Virus record (IMG/VR): IMGVR_UViG_3300028833_000126
Coordinates: 64,716 to 83,300 of that record
DNA length: 18,585 nt
Source: a virus
Taxonomy: Duplodnaviria > Heunggongvirae > Uroviricota > Caudoviricetes
Direction: 5' to 3' (one strand)
Shown here: positions 8,233-15,289 of the stretch, piece by piece
Layout: the number at the start of each line of letters is the position of its first letter
How positions within the stretch are numbered: position 1 is the first letter of the stretch
Notes under the pieces: generated by a model
What the model was told of the DNA's origin: nothing
Database searches by the model: none
Seen by the model: only the letters and a program-made list of their open reading frames with translations
Position numbers and translations under genes: made by a program

Positions 8233-10242
8233 TTATTCCCCCACCACGTGCTCAACGACGATCGCAGAATTCGGCTTAACAAGAGTACCGGACTCACGAG
8301 TCTCGATAAGGTACTCAAGCTTGTTGAAGTCGATATCGAAGTCATCAAACCAGTTGACCTGACCACCCTTGTCGTTACCGACGTTATAGTCGTTGAGGTC
8401 GACAATGATTGCATCAAGAACTCTGGTAGCACCAGACACTGTTCTGGTCTTGTTCTTCATGACCGGAACGCCGACAACATTGTCAACGAGCATCGCAGAA
8501 GCAAGCTCCGCCTTGGACTTGTAAAGTCTGTGACCGAAACCATCCTCAAGAAGCATCAGATCGGAGAGTTTATCCGTCGCAATGAATGCGGTCGTGTTGC
8601 CAGAGCCATCGTAATCGTCAAAGCCCTTAACGGCAGCACGAATGACGCCCTTAGCGATGTCTTCAGTAGTAGCGTTAGCCGGAACAGTAAAGACGGCGTT
8701 GACAGCAAAGAGATCTTCCATGGTCCAAATCGGACGGATCTTGGTCTCGTCGATCTTGCCGGGAGCAGAGATACCGCGACCGTCACCAATCAGGTAAGCG
8801 CGAGCACGCTCCTCATCGAGCTTAAGCTTCATTTCAGCCTTCAGCCATGCAACAACGTCGAAATCGGTGATGTCGAGAACGTCATCGCGGTCGATCTTCT
8901 GGAGCTTGTAGATGGTAGTGGCAGGAGTCTCACGCTTAAGGAGAGCGATGACCTCTTCAACCTTCTCAGTGCCCTTTGCATAACCCTTTGCACGAGCTTC
9001 ATCAGGAGTGATGTCAGCAAAGATGGATCTGATACGGGAGAACGGGGTGTGATGAACACCATTCATGACAGTTGTAACCCAGTTCTGGTTTTCCTTAATG
9101 AGCTCAGGGCGGTTAGTATAGTTCTTGTAATCGGGATACGCATTGCTAATGTCGGTGATGCCGTGCTTGAGAACAGCTTCTTTCAGGCTGCCCATCTTCT
9201 TCGCGTCATTGAGGATCTCAATCTGCTCGGCGTGGGTGAGAACTTCCTCGTTCTCCTTGGTCTTTTCGAAAACATTGTATTCCATGTTATTACCTCCTTC
9301 GGTATTTTCAGAAATGTTAGAATCGTTGTGGGTGATTTCTTCCTCTTCGTCAGAGTGCTTTGTGTCAGCCTTTTCAGCTTCAATCCTTGCCTGGCCAACA
9401 AGAAGGTAGAAGACGTTCTTCTGCTCTTCGGTCATAGTATTGATGATGTCTTCAACGGTCTCTTCAGAGTCATCGCTAGAATCATCCGCATGGTTTGCTT
9501 CATCAGGATCTTCATCGTCCGAATCTTCAGAGCCATCATCAGTCAGAGCGAGACCGATGAATGCATAAAGAAGATCTTTCTGCTTCTTGTTGAAAGATTT
9601 CACAACATCAGCAACGGTCTTTTCATGTTTCTCTTCGGTCTTCGGCTCAGGCTCGTTGTCCGCATGAGAAACCTCTTCGGTTTTCTTTTCGGGCTCGCTA
9701 GTTTCTTCGGACTTGACCTCGGTCTCGGTGTTCTGTTCTTCAGACTGTTCCTCGGATTCTTTCTCAGGCTCTTCTTTCATGTCCGGATCAACGTGCTCAA
9801 GATCGATAAACTCATTCATAAAAATGATAGCTTCGCCTTCGGAAACTTCTCCGTGACGAATCACCTCATCGATATGAGCGCCGGAATTTGCACCGGCAAG
9901 CACAAGAGACACTTCTTTGATCTCGCCGTGAAGAACGTCTCCACCATTCTGCTTGAGATGTGTTGCGCAGATGGACAGAGAGTCCACATCGCCATGAAGA
10001 ACGGCAAGCTTAGCACTCTGAGCCTTCTTAGTTTCATTGAACGAACAGTAAGCATAAACGCCCTCATCTTCGTTATGAAGCAGGGCGTTTCCGAGAACAT
10101 TTTCGGGATCGTTATGCTGATGATTCCATACAAGCGGAACCGTCTTGCCGTCACATTCTTTAAATGCGTCTTTTCGGATAGTTCGACCGTCAGTGCAGAG
10201 AATGTTATTCTTTGTCGCCCATCCGCTAAAATCATAAGACAT
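8233..10242 (-). CDS. Prohead protease-scaffold-major capsid protein fusion (669 aa)
   Basis: AAGGAGG RBS. N-terminal ~130 aa has HK97-type protease motifs (VPLVWNH, DSLSI, EVSLVLAGAN). An acidic low-complexity linker follows, then a ~350-aa capsid-like domain (YKLQKIDRDD, RAYLIGDGR, FDDFDIDFNKLEYLIETRESG). Confidence 0.9.
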   Translation of the reverse strand: MSYDFSGWATKNNILCTDGRTIRKDAFKECDGKTVPLVWNHQHNDPENVLGNALLHNEDEGVYAYCSFNETKKAQSAKLAVLHGDVDSLSICATHLKQNGGDVLHGEIKEVSLVLAGANSGAHIDEVIRHGEVSEGEAIIFMNEFIDLEHVDPDMKEEPEKESEEQSEEQNTETEVKSEETSEPEKKTEEVSHADNEPEPKTEEKHEKTVADVVKSFNKKQKDLLYAFIGLALTDDGSEDSDDEDPDEANHADDSSDDSEETVEDIINTMTEEQKNVFYLLVGQARIEAEKADTKHSDEEEEITHNDSNISENTEGGNNMEYNVFEKTKENEEVLTHAEQIEILNDAKKMGSLKEAVLKHGITDISNAYPDYKNYTNRPELIKENQNWVTTVMNGVHHTPFSRIRSIFADITPDEARAKGYAKGTEKVEEVIALLKRETPATTIYKLQKIDRDDVLDITDFDVVAWLKAEMKLKLDEERARAYLIGDGRGISAPGKIDETKIRPIWTMEDLFAVNAVFTVPANATTEDIAKGVIRAAVKGFDDYDGSGNTTAFIATDKLSDLMLLEDGFGHRLYKSKAELASAMLVDNVVGVPVMKNKTRTVSGATRVLDAIIVDLNDYNVGNDKGGQVNWFDDFDIDFNKLEYLIETRESGTLVKPNSAIVVEHVVGE
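9283..9299 (-). promoter_or_regulatory. Internal in-frame translation start (AAGGAGGT-6 nt-ATG at 9285) for a 350-aa capsid protein
   Basis: Minus strand GAAGGAGGTAATAACATGGAA: perfect SD with 6-nt spacing, at the linker/capsid boundary (M320). Confidence 0.75.
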
Positions 10243-10260
10243 TTTGATTCATTCCTCCTT

Positions 10261-12552
10261 CTACAGATTTTTCTTACCCTTATAGACTACAGTGGTAGAT
10301 TTTTCTTTGCTTCCACTGGAGCCCTTGGTTTTCTTTGTGGTCTGATACTTTGCCTGAGACTTGATCTGCTCGAGTTCTTCTTCATACATCTTTTTATACT
10401 CATCACGAACCTGCTGACTGTAGTCTTTGTGTTCCTGTTTGAGCCTATCAGATGTATCTTTATGCTCCTGCTTCACCTGCTTAGAGGTGGCCTTATGGTC
10501 TTCACGCAGCTTGCTTGTCTTGCTCGAGTGACTCTGACGCTCAGCATCCGCAGTCATTTTGTGCAGTTCATTGAGATCGTTTCTCTGAGATTTGAATTCT
10601 TCAGAAAGCTCTTCTCTCTTCGCCTTGTTATCAGCTCTGAGTTGAGCAATTTCTTCGTTGATCATCTCTCTTTGATTTGCCTTCTCGGACTTATCAAGAC
10701 CTTTGAGGTAGTCCTTAAGCGCGTCAATTCTGGACTGCATCTGATTCTTATGCGATTCAACCTCAGTCTTCATGCGCTCACGACGAGTCTCGATAGATCT
10801 GTCTCGATTAGCTTTTGAAGACTCGATCATGCGATCGCGATTCGCCTTTGAAGCTTCGATTGCCGCATTCATGCCTTCTTTCGAGGCTTCGACGCGTTGA
10901 CTCGCGGAATCCTTGCTTGACTCGATGTTACTGTCCATCTGAGTCTTGTGTGCATTGATCTTCGCATTGCGCTCGCTGTTATACTGCTCCCTCGCATAGC
11001 GCGCTGCGGCTCTTCCTTCTTCGTTCAGACCTTTGGTAGACGATCTTTCATAGTCTTTATGAAGGCCCTTCTTTTCGAAGTTGATGTAGTACAAGTGCCT
11101 GCGCTCAGGATCATAATCGCTTGCGTGAAAGAAGTCCTCGTCATCATCGGAATGACTTACAGAGTCAGAATTAACAGTTTTCTCGAGAGCATTGAGCTGC
11201 TTATCGACATCATCGAACTGTTTAACCAATTCGAGGTATTCCACTTCAGTCATCGGCTCTTCTTGAGTTTCCTCATCAGACGCATCCTCTTCGTACTCTG
11301 TTCCATCCTCAGGCGCCTCTTCGTCTGTCGGTACCATAGGACCACCAGTGGTATCGTAGAGGTTCTTGTTTCTGAGCGTGTCCGCATTCGGATCATCCGA
11401 GGGCTTCATACCGATTGCCTGACGAATCTCATTGGATGTAACGATCTCGTTTCTCGTGAGCTTATCTGCAATCTCAGCAATCTGATCCATCGGGACAAGA
11501 GCAAGAGGATCTCTGAAGTATTCGATGGATTGCCTCTGAGAGATGGCAGTCTTTGTGAGAAATGTTCGCTTCATGCTGTCAGCAACAGCAGCCACAAGCG
11601 GCTCAATAACACGATTGTTATAATTGAGCATTGTTTTCTCATCGGCAGTACCATTCAGAATCTCGGGTGTAACGCCAACCTGTGAATAAGCAAGATCTGT
11701 GAGATACTGAATCTGACCAAGAAGATTATTCTCGAGAGGACGGTTAAGCTGCTGAATCCGTTCAGTACCATCTGTGTAAGCGATACCGTATTTTGATCCG
11801 GAAAGCTGCCGTTCGATCTCATTCCTTCTGATCTCTGCCTGCTGTCGCTTCTGCTCTGTCTTAACAACATAAGGAAGCTGAATAATCAGATCAAGCTTAC
11901 CGGAAGACGACTGCTCATCGACTGCATCGAGAAGTGCGAGTTTATGTGTCAATCTCTGGAATGTCGAGTTCGGCTCATTCATGATGGAGTAGAATGGGTT
12001 CTCTACAATTGCCACGATCTTCTTCGGAACAATAACGTCCTCTCGAAGACCGGTGTTTTCATTGTAGACGTTCACTTTCACCATCTTGCTTCGCCATTCA
12101 ACGATCTTGCCGACACGCATATTGTTGATCGAGTAAGTACCTGAAATCTCAGGGTCAAATGTGGTGTCAATCGGAACAAGAGCAATGGCTCCTTCATCAA
12201 GAAGCGATAAAAAAATATTCAGACGAAACGCACGCCCCGTCTGATCGATATTTGCTTCGAGATTAAGACAACGGTTGAGACCGGAGTCAATAGTTTCAAC
12301 ATATCTGTCATTCTCGTCGAGTCTGACATGCTGAATTACTACCTGCGCTGCATCAACAGCGATTCTGTTTTTTAATACGGTTACGATCGACTTGTCAGAC
12401 AAAGCGTTATAATATGCTCCGCTGATATAGCCCGGGCGATAACCGTCAAGACCGCCATAACTCCAGTCTCGCATTCGTCTTTCGTCCGTCGGGTCACGGC
12501 TCTTGAAGACGTTCCAGGCATGTTTCAGCCTGTTCGCAAAAGAAAGTTCCAT
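10261..12552 (-). CDS. Portal protein with long C-terminal acidic plus coiled-coil extension (763 aa)
   Basis: AAGGAG RBS; sits between the terminase block and the protease. Portal-like core of ~400 aa (LNRCLNLEANIDQTGRAF, SLLDEGAIALVP, LTRNEIVTSNEIRQAIGMKP), then a ~340-aa extension. Confidence 0.9.
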   Translation of the reverse strand: MELSFANRLKHAWNVFKSRDPTDERRMRDWSYGGLDGYRPGYISGAYYNALSDKSIVTVLKNRIAVDAAQVVIQHVRLDENDRYVETIDSGLNRCLNLEANIDQTGRAFRLNIFLSLLDEGAIALVPIDTTFDPEISGTYSINNMRVGKIVEWRSKMVKVNVYNENTGLREDVIVPKKIVAIVENPFYSIMNEPNSTFQRLTHKLALLDAVDEQSSSGKLDLIIQLPYVVKTEQKRQQAEIRRNEIERQLSGSKYGIAYTDGTERIQQLNRPLENNLLGQIQYLTDLAYSQVGVTPEILNGTADEKTMLNYNNRVIEPLVAAVADSMKRTFLTKTAISQRQSIEYFRDPLALVPMDQIAEIADKLTRNEIVTSNEIRQAIGMKPSDDPNADTLRNKNLYDTTGGPMVPTDEEAPEDGTEYEEDASDEETQEEPMTEVEYLELVKQFDDVDKQLNALEKTVNSDSVSHSDDDEDFFHASDYDPERRHLYYINFEKKGLHKDYERSSTKGLNEEGRAAARYAREQYNSERNAKINAHKTQMDSNIESSKDSASQRVEASKEGMNAAIEASKANRDRMIESSKANRDRSIETRRERMKTEVESHKNQMQSRIDALKDYLKGLDKSEKANQREMINEEIAQLRADNKAKREELSEEFKSQRNDLNELHKMTADAERQSHSSKTSKLREDHKATSKQVKQEHKDTSDRLKQEHKDYSQQVRDEYKKMYEEELEQIKSQAKYQTTKKTKGSSGSKEKSTTVVYKGKKNL

Positions 12553-12570
12553 TTTGATTTTGCTCCTTCC

Positions 12571-13104
12571 TTAAACCGTGTTGACTGACTTCTTACGATA
12601 AGCAATACGCCCGGATCCATAAACGCCGCGTTTTACCTGACTGAGATCATAGCCTTCATCAGCAAGAGCCATGTGAACGCCCATCTCTCCTCGTTTAGCG
12701 ACCCACTTGACAAGTTTTCCGGAAGGGGCTCTGACGTCTCTCGCGTTCCTGTTCATGATCTCGGCAAGTCCCTGATTGTAAGCATTCACATAGTTATAGC
12801 TTAACTTTCCACTCTTCAATCTGCTGTCGAGTGTCTGGTTAAGCTCTTTAGCGAATTCTTTAATCTCTTTCTTGCTGTCTTTAAAGGCTTGGTTATAGAT
12901 CCTATCGTAATTCTTTTTTGCCCATTTGCTGTCTTTTTTCTCGAGGCGCTTCTGGTCTTTCAATGTATTCCCTTCTTCTCTGGTAGTAAAGTCTTCGTCA
13001 TATCTCTTTCTACCAGCAGGAGTAAGGGTACCATCTTTATTCTGGAATCGTCTGATACCCCAGTGCATTCCCAGAATGCCATGATGATTCAGTTCATCCG
13101 CCAT
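12571..13104 (-). CDS. Leader-motif protein A (177 aa; start MADELNHHGILGMHWG), function unknown
   Basis: AAGGAGG RBS before the ATG at 13104. The leader resembles the HHGxxGMKWG N-terminal domain I recall as DUF7211 (unverified). Basic C-terminal region. Confidence 0.85.
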   Translation of the reverse strand: MADELNHHGILGMHWGIRRFQNKDGTLTPAGRKRYDEDFTTREEGNTLKDQKRLEKKDSKWAKKNYDRIYNQAFKDSKKEIKEFAKELNQTLDSRLKSGKLSYNYVNAYNQGLAEIMNRNARDVRAPSGKLVKWVAKRGEMGVHMALADEGYDLSQVKRGVYGSGRIAYRKKSVNTV

Positions 13105-13126
13105 TGAACCGCCTCCTTCTAGTGTA

Positions 13127-13672
13127 TTATTTTTTATTTTTATCGGAATACTGCTTCTCAGCATATGCAATCTCCGAATAATATGTGTCCATAAAAGGAG
13201 CATTCTTAACCCAATCCATTGACTTTTCAACGGGATGCTTGCCAAACATGTCCTCCAAGGCCTTCGTGTATGACGTGGTCCATAAGTCGTTAACCTCGTT
13301 CAAATACTTAATGCCCTCTTTGGTAGCAAAGCCATTTCTGAAATCACTATCTTTGTATTTTTCATTTATGGCACTAATATTTGCATTAAATGGCTCATTG
13401 GCTTTGTTATACGCTTTCCACCAATTATTGGCTACATTCCGATTAAACTGTGTGGCTGCTTTTTGCTCTTGCTTTGCCTGCTTCTTTTCCTGCTTCTCTA
13501 AACGCTTCTGGTCTTTCAGGGTATTCCCTTCTTCCTTGGTAGTAAAGTCTTCATCATATCTTTTTCTACCGGCAGGAGTAAGGGTGCCATCTTTGTTCTG
13601 GAATCGTCTGATACCCCATTTCATTCCGAGAATGCCGTGATGTTCGAGTTCGTCCGTTTTGATATATTCCAT
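13127..13672 (-). CDS. Leader-motif protein B (181 aa; start MEYIKTDELEHHGILGMKWG), function unknown
   Basis: GAGGAGG about 11 nt before the ATG at 13672; same leader, unrelated C-terminal region. Confidence 0.85.
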   Translation of the reverse strand: MEYIKTDELEHHGILGMKWGIRRFQNKDGTLTPAGRKRYDEDFTTKEEGNTLKDQKRLEKQEKKQAKQEQKAATQFNRNVANNWWKAYNKANEPFNANISAINEKYKDSDFRNGFATKEGIKYLNEVNDLWTTSYTKALEDMFGKHPVEKSMDWVKNAPFMDTYYSEIAYAEKQYSDKNKK

Positions 13673-13697
13673 TGGGATGAGGCCCTCCTCTATATAG

Positions 13698-14183
13698 TTA
13701 GTCATACCATTCGGGACTTCGCAGAATAGTAGCCGTTGTACTGACAGTTTCAAGATGAGGTCCCATGACATCTCTGATTTTATTGACGGTGCTAACAACC
13801 GTTGACACAGCACCGGTAACGGCGGCAATCGTTCCGGCAGTTTTTACGAATTTATCGACATAATCTTTACCGCTTTTCTTTGCAACACTGTCCTTTGTCA
13901 TTTTTTCGTACTGCTTTTCGAGATTTAGCCGATTGACGATCTGCTGAAGCTCTTTGGTATCATACTCTTTAACCGACTTGCCAGAATGCGCCTGCTTGTA
14001 ATCATCATGCTCTTTTCCGGCATTTTTAAGAGTATTTCCTTCTTCTCTGGTAGTAAAGTCTTCATCATATCTCTTTCTACCAGCAGGAGTAAGGGTACCA
14101 TCTTTGTTCTGGAATCTTCTCACACCCCACTTCATTCCAAGAATGCCATGGTGTTCCAGTTCATCAGTTTTATTATACTCCAT
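13698..14183 (-). CDS. Leader-motif protein C (161 aa; start MEYNKTDELEHHGILGMKWG), function unknown
   Basis: GAGGAGG RBS before the ATG at 14183; same leader; C-terminal amphipathic/hydrophobic helix (FVKTAGTIAAVTGAVSTVVSTV). Confidence 0.85.
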   Translation of the reverse strand: MEYNKTDELEHHGILGMKWGVRRFQNKDGTLTPAGRKRYDEDFTTREEGNTLKNAGKEHDDYKQAHSGKSVKEYDTKELQQIVNRLNLEKQYEKMTKDSVAKKSGKDYVDKFVKTAGTIAAVTGAVSTVVSTVNKIRDVMGPHLETVSTTATILRSPEWYD

Positions 14184-14211
14184 TTTGATTTTCAACCTCC
14201 TCTCTGCTCGA

Positions 14212-15270
14212 TTAAATGTAATGCACAGCCTTAAGCCAGCCCGGCATCCACTCAAAGACCATAAAGCGCTTATGCGCTCCGACAAATCCTTCGTCCTCAG
14301 ACCACTTATCTGTTTCGCCATTTCTGGACAGCCTGCGGATCATGACGCCATAAAGGTCACCTTCAGTTTCATGATGTAAATGGCCGGCGTGAATCTCTCG
14401 AACTGTGGATTCAGAGAATTCCTTCGGAAACTCAATTGTAAACTGGCCGCGCAAATCATGGAACTTGTTCTTCATGTAATGCCCATGCGTAACGCCGATA
14501 AAGCAGCCGTTCCAATAAATGCACTTGCGCTGTTTCAGGCTGTCATCGACTTCGACCTGCGGATAGTGGTCTTTCAGCATCTGCACGAAGCACCACGCTA
14601 GGCTCTCATCGTGATTGCCAATTGAGTAAATCAGCTTCACTCGCTCAGCTTGTCGGAGAGAGGTGTCGATCACGTTATACCAGATTGTCTTCGCCATTTG
14701 CCATGCGGCAGCAACGTCAACCTTCTCAATCACTCTGCCTGATGCGGTTCTGCCTCTCATGTCATCATTGTGGAACAAATCCTGTCCAATAATAATATTG
14801 ATCTCATTCCATTTCTGACGATTGATAATTCCGAGAAGAAGCTCAATGCTCTTCAGATGATCGGAGAGAGGAAGATGCATATCATAAAGCGGAATCTCAA
14901 GCATGCCTTCACCGTCACCAGTAACCGGATCTATTTTGATTGGCTCCGTGTTCTCGTGAATTACATCAAGCAATGCGTCCCATTGACTATCGTCAAGAGT
15001 TTGCTTGATCCATGCCTGAACGATCTCGCCCTTGTCGTTTACCTGAACGGTTGCATCGTGGGCAGTAAAGCCCTCATAAGTTCCACTGTCGAGCGTAAAC
15101 TTGTCTGGGTGAACTTTACTGCGCCATTTGCGCATTGTTCTTCTGAATGACTCATAAGTCGTGTCAGGATAATCATCGTGAAAGAGTTCTAGATAAATCT
15201 TCTTGATTGGCTGCCCATTGTTGTAGGCACTCATGCATCGTTTCTTTGTTTCAATGTCAACGGCTCGCAA
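14212..15270 (-). CDS. Calcineurin-like metallophosphoesterase with possible N-terminal helical/HTH-like region (352 aa, TTG start)
   Basis: GGAGGTGA SD 7 nt before the TTG at 15270. Metal-binding motifs in order: YDMH, GQDLFHND, IGNHDE, VTHG, HAGHLHH. Confidence 0.82.
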   Translation of the reverse strand: MRAVDIETKKRCMSAYNNGQPIKKIYLELFHDDYPDTTYESFRRTMRKWRSKVHPDKFTLDSGTYEGFTAHDATVQVNDKGEIVQAWIKQTLDDSQWDALLDVIHENTEPIKIDPVTGDGEGMLEIPLYDMHLPLSDHLKSIELLLGIINRQKWNEINIIIGQDLFHNDDMRGRTASGRVIEKVDVAAAWQMAKTIWYNVIDTSLRQAERVKLIYSIGNHDESLAWCFVQMLKDHYPQVEVDDSLKQRKCIYWNGCFIGVTHGHYMKNKFHDLRGQFTIEFPKEFSESTVREIHAGHLHHETEGDLYGVMIRRLSRNGETDKWSEDEGFVGAHKRFMVFEWMPGWLKAVHYI

Positions 15271-15289
15271 TAGGCAGTCACCTCCCTTA

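Larger units (their letters stand above)
12945..14183 (-). repeat. Three dispersed ~140-170 bp direct repeats encoding the shared leader; a fourth, more diverged copy at ~17740-17840
   Basis: Copies at ~12945-13100, ~13500-13672 and ~14030-14183 share near-identical DNA (e.g. ggtagtaaagtcttc-r-tcatatct-y-tttctacc-r-gcaggagtaagggt-r-ccatcttt). Confidence 0.92.

Noticed and set aside
8206-10818. 870-aa + strand ORF opposite the capsid and portal genes
   Set aside because: It is codon-aligned with both minus-strand genes, so it stays open simply because they avoid TTA/CTA/TCA codons there. No SD, and the translation shows no recognisable motifs.
10948-12144. + strand ORFs of 245 aa and 66 aa opposite the portal
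   Set aside because: Antisense shadows with no RBS or recognisable motifs.
12945-14183. Repeats considered as a CRISPR array, DGR template/variable pair or IS ends
   Set aside because: They are long, in-frame coding, differ mainly at synonymous sites rather than at adenines, and no cas, reverse transcriptase or transposase gene is present.
13673-14321. Longer upstream starts given by the ORF track for proteins A-D, the chaperone, the tail terminator and the phosphoesterase (example interval shown)
   Set aside because: The extensions overlap neighbouring genes or run through the real SD; the downstream starts have proper SD spacing.
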